Shown: positions 13,081 to 25,651, counted from the whole stretch's first letter. The stretch is 63,448 bases of DNA, filler included, from Bonamia ostreae (GCA_040357525.1; 5 parts of 5 records of this genome joined end to end with filler, not necessarily neighbours in it); one strand, 5' to 3'. Notes: generated by a model not told the origin, from the letters alone. A program made the numbers and translations.

Positions 13081-13893
13081 TCATTTATTGCTCAAATCCA
13101 CAAGATCATCGTCGATGTCTCGCATGTCTTTTGCCATAAAAGTTCGATATAGTCGCATTGTCTCGCGGGCATCTTCCACTGAAGAATGCTCTCCCAATTG
13201 AATGCGGCTCTTCAAAAACTTGCGGCAAAGTTCTTTCAGCGAAACCGGCCCCGCTGGACAAAACTCACGAAACAGAGCGGTGTCTCGGATCAGATAACGC
13301 GGATGCTTCATAAACAGTGCACTCAAATCCGAGTCAATGTTGTGTCCGACGAGAATTTTTTTGTTTATCAACGCCGCCACTTTCTTTTTATTCGCAATTT
13401 CGAATTTAAATTTTCGATTATAAAACTGAATCGAAAACAATTTGGTTTTTGAAATTTTGAAATTGCAAATTTTATCGAAGCAATAAAAACTAATTGCGTT
13501 TCTTCAATATCACTTCCATTCTCAACGTCTTGTTTTCTTATTCCACTGACTTCTGTCCGCCAATCCACAACCAATTCTCTCGGTTTGACATACTAAAAAT
13601 AGAAAACTCAACCTCGTCTAAAATCGTCTCATAGTTGAAGTTTACTATTGAAACTCTCGCCAGCGCATTGTAATGGCCTTCCGTCCCCACTCCCACGAAT
13701 TCGCAATCTAATGCTACAGAATCTTCTATCTTCGGTCTAAATTTCAAGTTTAAATTTTTCAACTTGTTATTTCAAAGACAGTTTTTATTTTGAATTAACT
13801 TTTTATTTCAAAGACAATTTTTAAATTTATCAAATTTAGACAATCAATTATCGTCAGTAATCAAACTTAAACAACATTCAATTTATTCGCCAT
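13081..13893 (-). CDS. REXO4: RNA exonuclease 4 (DEDDh), multi-exon
   Basis: VALDCEFVGVG, LARVSIVN, ILVGHNIDSDL, IRDTA, GEHSSVEDARETMRLY; start at ATG 13893 is tentative. Confidence 0.88.
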
Positions 13894-13924
13894 TATTATT
13901 GAAATAATCAAATTTTATTGAAAA

Positions 13925-16903
13925 CTATTTACTAAAAATAATCGTTACAGAAATTCGGCAAAATATAAACAAAGAAGTCAGAGGTTGGATGACTTGCCAT
14001 GTTCTCAGCATATTTCTCCCCAAATCCAGATAAATCGCTCCGATTACCGCTTCAACGAAATCCCCGCATTTTTTCGGATGACGATTTTTCGATTCGTTCA
14101 ATATAACTTTAACGTTTTTCAAACTTCTTTTAAGTCCGCGATTTCTATCTTTTTCGAAACTTGTTTCGACCGGCAAAATGTTTTCGATTCCGCTTTTGTT
14201 GCGGTTGTAAAGAGGTTCTAAGCTCATCAAGAAGTTCGGTTGTCTAGTTTTATTATCCCATTTGCCAACTTTTATTTTTTGTGTCATTTTAAAACAGTCA
14301 AAAATTTTTCTGATTGGACATCAAAAACATCTTGTAAACAAATTTTTCCATTCGAAAGGATTCAAAAGTTTCTGCCAAAGAATCGTTGCAGACAAGTTCG
14401 ATCCTGGCTTCAGTCAGATCTTCGGGCGATGTGTTAGGCAACACATAAAATAGTTTCCGAGTGCAAAGAAAGTCGAGCACGCTGTCTCCCAAGAACTCCA
14501 AAAGTTCGTGATTTTTAGAACTTGACAGTCTTTCGCCTTGATAAATGGCTTCCATTGCGTACTGTTTATGTCTAAAACAGTAATTTAGCTTTTCTTCCAA
14601 ACTTTGAATTTTTTTCGCCATCTCAACATTCTCACGATCTTTTTGTTGCAATAAAATGCGAAAATCATTTTAACAACAAAAAGCAAAACCTTTTTTGGGA
14701 ACTTGAGACAGAAGACAAAAACCGTCGTCGATCGATGGTAACTCAATCTCTGAGCCAAACCACTTCAAAACTTCTGTCACAGCCTCAAATCGCGATTTTT
14801 CGTTGTTGCTGCTAAGAAAGGTAGCTCCAAGAACAGCTTCCACCAGATCAGCAATTTGCTTTTTTGTTACGATCGGATTTTCCACTTTAAATTTTTTGTT
14901 GATGTTTTTGACGAAGCACGGAGGAATATAATCTTTCCTTTGAAACTGACTTATTATAGAATAGTTATAAATTTGGTGCTTTTTCCCGTATTCTAACAAA
15001 GATGTATTCGATATCAAATCTTTTCGTCTTTTTAAATTTGCAAATGAAAAAGAATAAATAAAATTTACTAAAAGCAAAAATTAAAATTTGCAAATAAAAA
15101 AGCAATTTGTAAATTATAAAGAACAATTTGCAAATTAAAAAAAACTTTTCCGTCAAATTTCCTTCTCTAAAAAATTCTGTATTCTTGAACTTGCAGAACA
15201 AATAATCTGTCGCCAGGTACTTCAGAACACTGTCCCCTAGAAATTCCAACAATTCGTAATTTCTAAAGTTATTTGCGACAGAAAAGGTCATCGCTTCCTC
15301 CAAAAGAGACAATGAAACCGGAACGGGCAGTTTCCTTAGAAATCTCTGTACTGACAGAGAGTTTTGTAATCCCCAAATTGTCGACACAACGTCTGGCATT
15401 TCTGTGACTAAATTGAGTGGAACGGGATGCACTTCGCATAATTCTTGCACCAAATTTAGTGTCGGTGGTACATGTGATTTTGCCACTGAAGGAGGTATTA
15501 GTACACTGTGAGCTCTTGGATGTATTTGTCTTGACGTGAACAGTTCCAACTCTGGGTGTTTCAATGTTATCCCAAACCTATTTTTATTTAGACATTTTTA
15601 GTTTTATTTGGTTTTATTTCAAAATAGATTATCGTTATCTTTTTTTAAATTAAAATGATTATTCTCTTGTCTTCAATAATTTGCTTATTTTTTAAGTAGA
15701 AAATTTTAATTTTGCCAAATTTACGAGATCGATGTTTTTCTAATACTAAACTTAGCACAAAATTATTTTCTTCTCAATTAAAAATATTATTTTTGTAAAA
15801 TCAGGATTTTGCAATTACATTTTAAACGGGATAATTTACAACAATCACCGATAAAAATTTTAAATCAAACTCGCTTTTGAAAAAGCTATTCCAACTGGCT
15901 CCAACTTTGGCATTTTCATTGTCGCATTTTGAAAAAGCGCTAAGATTTTGCTGAAACTTTGTGAAGGTGTACAAATGCTGTTCCTGTGTATTGTAGATGG
16001 TTGTTAGCACTAATTGGTCAAAAGGAATCCGGTTTTCGCTATTTGACGGTTTCAGGTAGTCGACAAAATTTGTTTTTCCGTTTTTTACGGTTTCGTTTAT
16101 CTGTTTTATTGTTATAGCGATTAGAGCACTTTTTGGATAATAAATTTTGTTTTTTAGTAAATTGTCTTTGCAAACAAGTTTGTCTATTTTTTGTAAATTT
16201 TGTCTTTATATATTTACGAATTTTGTCTTTTAGTAGATTCATAAATTTATCATTTTTCGTTTAAACAAATTTATGACAGACATCCAGAAATTGGGAGTGA
16301 CAGAGTTAGTACTCAACTTGTAACTTCAACATTAAAAGACATTTTTAGGTTTAGCATTAAAACTCTGTCGATGCAGCTCCAATCGACACTCTTTCTTTCA
16401 TCCAAGGGCACAACCAAAAACATTGGAGCGTCCGAATCCATCAACATCTCGGGATGTATTCTCGCGTGACTCAGTAAATCGTTCAGAAAACAGTGCGCTG
16501 TTTTAATACGTTCGATCTGCTTAAAATTGAAGATCTGCGCACCCCGTGGCACAAACTTGGCCACAGCGTCATTATTAGTGTTGGGGATATCGACTTCTTT
16601 TGTGTTCAAATAAACGTCGAAAGCAATCTCCGGTTCTTCTATTTTTTGCTGCAACAAGATGGCGAAAGAGTCCATAGTTTCGATCTGTTTCTCTGTCTTT
16701 GGCTCAAAAACAATGTTATAACAAAAAAGCTGCATCTGTTCTTCGCCGACGAAAACACTTTTACTATATTCTATGTGATCTTTTGGATTTTCTACAGCTT
16801 TTTTGGAGATTTGTTGTCGTTTTGCGCGATCGCTCATGTATCCCCACGAACACGTGCCTTTAAACTCGTCTGGCACTGCATCTTTCGTTCTGTTCATTTT
16901 CGG
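13925..16903 (-). CDS. Dicer-like ribonuclease core (platform, PAZ-like, RNase IIIa, RNase IIIb)
   Basis: Two RNase III signatures with acidic residues intact: NYELLEFLGDSVLK / IADLVEAVLGA and NHELLEFLGDSVLD / CGDFVEAVIGA. Upstream platform-like segment (FLVVPL...VDWSCI). No C-terminal dsRBD visible. Confidence 0.9.
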
Positions 16904-17147
16904 CTTTTAATAATCATATATCGNNNNNNNNNNNNNNNNNNNNNNNNNNNNNNNNNNNNNNNNNNNNNNNNNNNNNNNNNNNNNNNNNNNNNNNNNNNNN
17001 NNNNNNNNNNNNNNNNNNNNNNNTTATCGAATGACAACAACAAAATAAAATTTTCAATTATCGAATGACAACAACAAAGTATAAAAATGTAAAAAGCTTT
17101 ATTGAATTTACTAAAGGTTTTAAAAGAAGGGGAAATTTTTAAAACCA

Positions 17148-20135
17148 GATTATTTAAAATTTGAGTTTCGACGTAACGAGAATCGCCTTGATATTCTTTA
17201 AAATTGTAAATTTCCCCCAGATTTATATCGAATTCCTAATTTAATTGTTTTTCAAAACTGCTTTTGTTCCTTTTGACTGATTGAAAATAAACGATGCGCC
17301 TCCGTGAGAATTTATAAACTTTAAAAAATGTTAAAAATTTTCAATTTGGCTTTTAAAACAATATTAAAAAACTTTTTTAGCAAAATTTTCAATTTCTGTT
17401 TCCGATCTGTCCTTAATATCCATTTCTTTTTCTTCTTTGTTCTCAGAAATCTCTCGATTCTTCTCCATTTTGTTATTTTCGATTTCACTTTTATTTCCGA
17501 AAAACTTTGATATGTCATTATTTCCTCGATTTTTATTTTCGGGTTTTTCGACAGAATCTTTTTTACATTGCAAATTCTCAATAAAATTTTCTTTATCACT
17601 TTTCTTACCAAGAATAAGTTTGTTATCAAACGATTTTTCGTTGTCAAACAATTTTATTTTTTCGTCAGTTTTGCCGTCTTTAATCAACTTTTCGCTCAAA
17701 TCATTGTTGCTATTACTTTTAAGGGCATTATTGTTACTACTATCATTTTTGAAGTCAATATCAGAATAGGAAGTGTATTTGTAAAATTTTGGGGGAAGAG
17801 TCTCCGGAATTTGATATTCGTTCAACTTAGATTTGTGTGGTGATATCCTTGCGCTAACAATTGGTACCCATTCAAAAGATCGAGGATATCCTTCATAAAT
17901 GATTTCTAGGGAAAGACCTCTGGGCTCTTCTCTTATCTGCACAACGATTCCGGGAACCCAATTCCCTTTCCCCAGTGACTGAGGGGATGTTCTGAAATCC
18001 AATTGCGTGCCAATTTTAATTTGTTCGCGCCATTTTTTGTCCTCTTTTTCGGCTAAAAATATTTTCAATTTAAAATTTATTTTCTTTTTTTAAATATTTT
18101 TTATTTTGACAAAAATTTTATTTTATTTTGATAAATTATTAAACGATGAATTTTATCTTTTTTATCAAATGAGAAAAAATTAAATATTGAATCAAGGCTC
18201 TCTTCGTTTTTAATTTCTTCATCAACAGATTTTCTCGAAATTTCCGCTTTTTTAAATTTTTCCACTTTCATTTCATTTTTGTTTTCTGAAATATTTTCTT
18301 TTTCAGTCATTTTTTCAACACTTTCACTATTTTTAGATAACAGATTTACGGATTTTTGCACGATTTTTATCTTTTCAATTCTAATTTTATCTGCTTTTTC
18401 TCTGGGCGAATTGCAAATTTCGCAGTTCTGTGCTGTTTTTTCGTTGAAAAAAGTGCAGAATAAACAAGCCCATTCGTCTTTTGAAATCCGATTGTAGTTG
18501 CAGATATCACATTTTGTTTGTTTTCTCTCAATGTTTTCAGATGTGCAGTTTATGCAATTCCAGGTTTGTTTGATCGATGGCGATACTTTCTTTTTTGTTT
18601 ACAAAATTTAATTTGTGTTTTGTATAATTTAGCATTTTGTCAAACATTTATTTTTAAATTCATTTTTGTTTTTCGATTTGTTAAACTTATTAATCGAAAT
18701 GTTAAAAAAAATTATAATTTAGCTTTAAAAAATATGAATAAAATTGGAATATGCAATAACAGATTTTAAAAATCTCCAAAAAGCTTCAGTTACATATTTT
18801 GAGTTTTGTTTCTTCAAATCAGCGACTGTCAAAATAAGTGATTGATTTCCCATTTTAAACAGAATATTTTTGTTTTTTAAAATGTAGATTTGCTTGTCTG
18901 TTTAAATTTTAAAATGTATTTTTAAATTTAGCCGAGAAAATAAATTTGCAAAATTAGTCAAAAAATAAAAAATCAGTAAAATAAAAGCCTCCAAACAAAT
19001 AAGGCCAACCGATAACTTTGCTACACGAGAAGCAGCGGGCTTTGGTCGATTTTTCTGGTTTTTGGCTGTACCAATCTCCTGTGATCGTTTTGGCAACATA
19101 ATGGACCATGACACCTAGACGATCTTTAACTTTCTGTTTAAGACGATGTCCTTTCACGAATATTAAATTTTTGACAAGCGTTAAGTTTGCCCCACAAAAT
19201 AGACAATGGATTGCAGATTTTCTTATCAAATGCTAAATTTGTCAAAATAAGACAATGTTAAATTGGAAAATATCAATTGTTACAAAAATCAAAAAATTAA
19301 ATTCAAATTTTTAATGTTCGTTAAAATCTAACAATTTGTAACAATTGAAAAAATTTACCAATTTTTCCATATCATTCTCTTCGATTTCATGCAACAAAGG
19401 CATTTTCTTCTGTTTTTGAACTTCAACCTTTTGAGACTCTTCGCCTAGAACATCTCTAACAAATTGCGTATTTTCAAGTTTGAGACTGTTTTGTCTCTTT
19501 GAGAAAAAGTTTATAAAATTGCAAACTGTTCTGCCGTCGATAAAGTTGTCATCTTCTAGATTTAAAGCATTGCTGGTGTCGTTTTGCTCGAAAGCGTCCG
19601 ACGGCAAGGTTTCTCCGGCGATGGGAAATTTGCTTTTATTTTTGTCTGCTTCGGATAACGGAGAGTCGTTTAAGTACCAACGACACACTTTGTTGGCCAC
19701 TGGTCCCAACGCGTATTCCGGAAAAGCGAATGGGAAATGAGGATGAATCTCAGAGCGCAGAACGTTCAGCCATTTCACGGGCGTTTTGGGGAAGGTTCGG
19801 CGCTCTTTGCGCTCGTGGACATATTTTTTCGCGAAACAAATAGCTCTTCGCAACAAAGAGCGGTCCATGTCGATCGCTTCAGATTCGTCGACTTCGATGA
19901 TGTTTGTGTTTTTTGACATGGCGCCACTTTGTATCGACTTTTTGACGGCGTAGAGTAGTGCGTCCGATAGCAAGGCATCCGAAATTTCGCCAGATTCGAT
20001 TTCTTTGCGAGCAATGCTTGTCTGCAAGACGGTCGCCCACGTTTTGGGGTTGGAAGGGATAGCGCCGTGAGAACTTACGAAGAAGTTGTCGATTCGTTTT
20101 TCAATGCGCTTACGAATAGTTTGGTCATCTTGCAT
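17148..20135 (-). CDS. Zn-finger/Tudor-like region, probable N-terminal part of the Dicer-like gene
   Basis: Phase-compatible exons: 19311-20135 ORF; Yippee/CULT/RLR-CTD-like CLFCG...CFSCSKVIGWPY; two RanBP2-type fingers at ~18400-18565; Tudor/chromo-barrel-like segment at ~17830-18030. Link to the Dicer core crosses gap 16924-17023. Confidence 0.65.
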
Positions 20136-21072
20136 TAATTCGGATTATTAGAGCTTTAGCTGTTTATGGGGTTTTGCTATTTAACTATTGCAGTAATACA
20201 AAATGTTTTTTAAAACCGTTTTTATGTTTTTCGATGCGACATAACCATAATAACGCGTTGTTTCCATAAAATTAATGTTTCGATAGACTTTCTGATCAAA
20301 ATGATGTTTTGCGGGAAACCGAAATGTGGAGCGTTCTGACTTGAAACAAATTTTTGTTTTCAATAAACAAATCAAAATATAATTATCGGTGACTTATTCA
20401 CTTTACGACAAAGTTATTTATTTTGCAAAAGTTTAACAAAGTTTGATAGCGAAATGCTCGTAAATTAAATCATTTCTTTCAATATATGAAAGTAAACATG
20501 ACTTTGATAATTTTTTTACATGTTCATTCCAGTTAAATTTTCTATCAAATATTAATCCCAAATATTGGTAAAATTAATTTGCACGTTTCCTATTTTTAAT
20601 GCGGGAAGATCTTGAATTTTCTCGCGATTGAATGACTTTTTCTGTTGATGTCATCAATTCTTTTTTAATAATACATTTATTTAAATTCTATCCTGTCATA
20701 TCACTTCCATTCTCCCGTATTACAAGATAATCCACAAACTGCAAGATCTTTTTACTCCCCGTTTGATCAATATCCCTTAAAATCTTTTCCACAGAAAGAA
20801 TTTAAAAAATTTTTGAACAATTGCAATATATCTTTTAAAATAATATTTTGTCCTTATAAAAATATACAATTTAGAATTNNNNNNNNNNNNNNNNNNNNNN
20901 NNNNNNNNNNNNNNNNNNNNNNNNNNNNNNNNNNNNNNNNNNNNNNNNNNNNNNNNNNNNNNNNNNNNNNNNNNNNNNCAATATATCTTTTAAAATAATA
21001 TTTTGTCCTTATAAAAATATACAATTTAGAATTTTAGAGGATTACAAAAACGAAAAAAATAATTTATTTCTA

Positions 21073-21832
21073 ATGGTGAATTTAATAAATTTAATTGAGT
21101 TTGGCTTAAGTGAAGAGAGAGATGCGTTAAGCTGGATGACAATAGCCAACATTGCATTTTTGGTGTTCAACATTTCATCAGTTATTGCTTTAATCGCTTT
21201 TTTTATTTACAACAGACGTGGTTTTTTAATAAAAATAAACTGTGATTATTTTTTTTATTTTTATCCAGAAAAGTTCTTACGACTTTATAAACTGATTTAA
21301 AAATATAAATTGTGATTTAAAAAGCACATTATGATTATTTGCAACTTTTGTTAACAAACAAGGGCGAGAAATAAAACAGGATGAAATAAAATGTGATAAT
21401 TTATACGCGAAAGTAAATAAAAGAAATGGAGAAAATAACAGTTTAAAATTTTTAAATCTTCGTAAAACTTTCTTTTTGATTTCAAAAAATCCCATTTTAA
21501 ATATTTGTAACAATAATCGAGCAATCGATTTAAATATTTTAAAAATACAAGGTCCCAAAAAAATTTACCAATATGCTCTAACTGAAAGCAGTATTAAAGA
21601 TGAGGATAACCTTTATGAAGATGTGGAATGTAGAGGTTTTCCCAATAATTTCTAAGTAGATAATGATCTTCGACCCATTCATCACGTTCCCAACAAAAAA
21701 GAACAAGAATTGCATTACGCCAGTCTTGAATTTGACAAAAAAAGGGATTATCCAAAAAAGAAAATCAGGAAATCTCAAAGCAATCAAATGGAAAAAACAG
21801 ATTATGCAGATATCAAATGGAACGGCTATTAG
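21073..21832 (+). CDS. Small single-pass membrane protein with multiple cytoplasmic Tyr motifs (ITIM and ITSM)
   Basis: Exons 21073-21220, 21363-21440, 21552-21635, 21657-21832, all GTTT...AG phase-1 introns, open frame to TAG. TM IANIAFLVFNISSVIALIAFFIY then NRR; tail NLYAKV, IYQYAL, NLYEDV, LHYASL, TDYADI. Confidence 0.7.
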
Positions 21833-22579
21833 CATAATATCTGATATTAAATATATTGATCTTTTTTTTGATAAAGTTTAATATTTTTAACAAGTCGTAG
21901 CCAACATTATTTGATTCTAGAAAAATTGTTCTTAATACAAAATCTGTCATGTAGATCTTTCCCTTCTAGCAGATCCAGAACTACTGCTTATTTTTGGAAA
22001 CAAAAATTCTCCAATTTGGCAAATATTAATCAGAATTAATATCGTTGAATTGGCACATCCCTTGTGACAGGATTAAAACCCATTTATTGGTGACATCGCA
22101 CCTCTTATGGTCAAAATTTATTAGTTAAGTTGTTTCCATCCCACCTTTTAGAATCCTGTTTGTACGGGGACAGCGGGGTTCTCTCCTCGCTTCTACATAA
22201 AATCGGAAAAATTTCTCTTAAAAATTGCTTTTCTATATAAACGTAAAATCGTGTTTTAATTAAAAAAAANNNNNNNNNNNNNNNNNNNNNNNNNNNNNNN
22301 NNNNNNNNNNNNNNNNNNNNNNNNNNNNNNNNNNNNNNNNNNNNNNNNNNNNNNNNNNNNNNNNNNNNNCTCTTAAAAATTGCTTTTCTATATAAACGTA
22401 AAATCGTGTTTTAATTAAAAAAAATTGCTCGAAAAAATTTTAGGAACGAACGAAAATGTTATAATGCACAATGATAAGAAAATAAAGATGAGTTAAGGGT
22501 TTTAGTCAAAACTTCGTCAACCGATTTAAACACGGAATAAAAATTTTATTTTGTCGTTGTATAAAAATTGGTTAAATGT

Positions 22580-23011
22580 TTACTTTTTTCGTTTCTTTTT
22601 GCCTTTGGTCTTTTTCGTTGATTTGTTTTTTTCCATTTCTAGTCGTTTTTTATAAATCTCCAAATTTGGCAATAACTTCCCAATCTCTATTAACAGTTGT
22701 CGTCCTTTAAATTATTTAAATAACGATTTTTTATTGTCTCATCGATTAAATCGCCGTCTCTTTTCAATTCGACTCTAATTCTGCCCACCGATAAAAAATC
22801 TCTGCAGTAACTTTTTTTCTTTGACATTTATTCGAAAAACTTCTACTTTGTGCTCAAATTTGAGTTGCTTTAAAGCTGTGGATATTTCGCTGGTCCTGAC
22901 GTCTGGAACACAATATTTCAGTGCGACTTTTCTTCCCTCTGATATTTTCTTGCGACTGTCTAGATAAGGCAAATATATGCAATTCCATTTTTTCGAATTT
23001 TCATCCTCCAT
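22580..23011 (-). CDS. SRP19: Signal recognition particle 19 kDa protein
   Basis: WNCIYLPYLDSRKKISEGRKV, KSYCRDF...GRIRVELK, Lys-rich tail; introns of 22 and 20 nt. Confidence 0.9.
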
Positions 23012-23098
23012 TTTAAGCTGTTATCTAAACTGTTTTTTAATAAATTGTGATATAACTTTTTTAACATTTTAATCCGAAAAGCTTCGTGGCTTGATAGA

Positions 23099-25651
23099 AT
23101 GGATTTGATTGATTTTGATAATATAAACAATTTAAACATAAAAGACAATTACAGCTTTACAATTCACCGAAATTTTAGTGATCTGGACGAAATACATTTT
23201 TTACCAAAATTCGATTCGATTGTATTTAAAGGCGATATATCATTGACATTTATCGTTTCAATTATCACATTCTCAAAGGAAAAGTTCTCAAGCAATGAAA
23301 AGGTCTACGGCAAATCTGAACGGATCAGCGAATTAACATTTGAAGAAAACAAATTTTCCAAAAAGTTATCAAAAGTTATCAAACTTTAAAGCTATCCAAA
23401 AAACTTTCACATATTCAACCAAGATTTCGATTTCCTGAAAATAAAAGATTTTTCTGTAAATTCGGACGCAGAAAACATCAAAAAGTTTTTGTTGAAATTT
23501 TAAAGTTTGTTAATTGCGATCCTTCTAACAAACAACAAGATTAAAATTTATGAATGCAATCAAATTGCAAACTATAGATCATGGCCAAATCTAGAGAATT
23601 CTGACATTTGGGGGTTTTCCTTAACTTGGATTCCATCCATTTGCTGTTTTATATTAAAATTTAGCCAATTTGTTCGAAAACAAAAAAATTCTCGCCGTTT
23701 GCACAAAAAATTTTGAAATTACTATATTTCAAATAAAACCTTCTTTCGAAATTTTGGGCAAATTTGAAATTAGCCAAAATCCTGAAACGAAGGAATGTTT
23801 TATCCAAAAGATGAAATGGGACGAGGATAATATCCTCGTTGCATCAATGACAAACGGAACCACACATGTCTTTAAAATAACAATCGAGAAAAACAAGAAG
23901 CTGAAATTTATACCTAATTTAGTTTACAAAACTGATCCAAACTCGATTTTAGACAACGTTCTCAAAATAAACGTTTTTAGCCAAAAACGTAAATTTGAAA
24001 ATTAGACAACAAATTTTGGGGAAAACAAAAATATTTTAATCACACGGAATCACCAACACGATTTCATCAAGATTTTACAGTTTGAACATAAAACTTTTAA
24101 AGAGATAAAAACTTTGAAGTAAAATCAGTCAAATTTAAAACTGCGTCCAAAATCAAAACAGTTTCAATGCTAAAACAAGATGACAAATATTTGTCAATTT
24201 TGAATTTAGCAAACTCACCAAATTTTTTGTGTTTTGACGAAACCCGATTCAGTTTATCCGAAAAGGATAAAAATTTTGAGTTGTTCCAAAATTTATTTTC
24301 TTCGACTTTAAGGAGGTTCAATTAGATCTACAAAACAAAAAACATTTTTAATTCCAATTTTCGAGAATTTTAACAATTCTCAAATTTTATCTTTTAACGG
24401 ATAAAATGCTAAAACGACATATCTTCGAAAATAAGCGTCCCTTTGCCCACAAAGGATGAAATGTAATGTGGAGAGATTACCAAATCTTTATAGCCAAAAA
24501 TCGCTATTTTGGTAAATTGCAATTTTAGCAGTTTACGGAAATGTCAAATTTTTTTCTTGACAAATCCAAATTTTCGAAAACGAAGCGTCACCGATTAAAG
24601 CAGAAATGCAAATTGGGCGTTGATTGGACTTTTAAACTAAAATTCTAAAATTTTAGGATTTCAGCAATTGATCGACCCAATCTAAAATGCGACAACATAA
24701 GCGTTTCATCGGTGTGCCCATGCGGATTGACCATTTTGTCAATATTGACTAATATCGAAGGTCAAACGATCACAAAGACATCCGGGTCTGTTAAAGCTTT
24801 GGCGTATTTTTATCCGATATCAATTGATCCGGATTTTGTTTTGCTCAAAATCCGTCAATCTTTGCGAGATTTAAAGTTTGTCCATCTCCAATGTGTCAAA
24901 ATCTGTTTTCTTTACGCCCGAGAACTTTTGCTGGCAAATTTTGGCAAATATTTGGAAAGATTGTGCGCTGTGTTTGCCAAAAACGAAAACGGTTTTCAAG
25001 AATTTTGCGAGAAAATAGAAAATTTTGATGACGATTCGACTATATCATTACTAATCATCTCGTTTTTAGTCGATGAAATAGTTTTTAAACCATATAAATC
25101 AACGTAAAGTCCGGGCAAAAAGAGGCCGAAAAAAGCGCAGAGAACAAAAAAAATATAAACGACGACTTTAAACTTTACAGGCAAAAAAGCTTTAAAACGT
25201 TGTTTTACCGGTCTTTTAAAGATGCGTTCCGAAATATTGAAATTAATGGAGAACAAATTTATCTAAAAAAACTTATAAATATTTTTCCGGACTTTAAAAA
25301 TAAATACGGAGAAATTGGCGACTCAAAACTAAATTGCCAATTCTGCGATGCAGATTTGTTCGCGGACGAAAAGGATTATTTCAAATTTAAATGTGGTAAC
25401 GGACATTTCTTCGGTTCTTTAAAATAATATGATTTTGTCGCAATTTTGTAAATATTCAAAACAAAACAATATTTTTAACCGTTTTTAAAAAAGATTTGTG
25501 TATGTGGACTCTTAAACCGATTGAAGCTTTAAAAGCTGTATCGCAGTGTCCGATATGTGGATGGTTGAATGGTTTTTAATATGGCAATATAATAGTGCGA
25601 CCAGAAAAGAATAATTGCAGATTTTGTCGAATAAAAATGAATACATTTTAA
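23099..25651 (+). CDS. TFIIIC subunit delta (GTF3C4)-like: beta-propeller region plus C-terminal zf-TFIIIC, multi-exon
   Basis: C-terminal CQFC...CGNGHFF.LCMWT...CPIC...CRFC pattern; WD-like N-terminal segments (QKMKWDEDNILVASMTNG). Confidence 0.5.

Noticed and set aside
13081-16903. Dicer next to an RNA exonuclease as a functional RNAi cluster
   Set aside because: REXO4 is a housekeeping rRNA-processing enzyme; adjacency is expected by chance in such a dense genome.
21880-22200. Minus-strand coding-like fragments (VLDLLEGKDLHDRF; PRCPRTNRILK)
   Set aside because: Could not build a consistent spliced model or assign a family; next to a gap.
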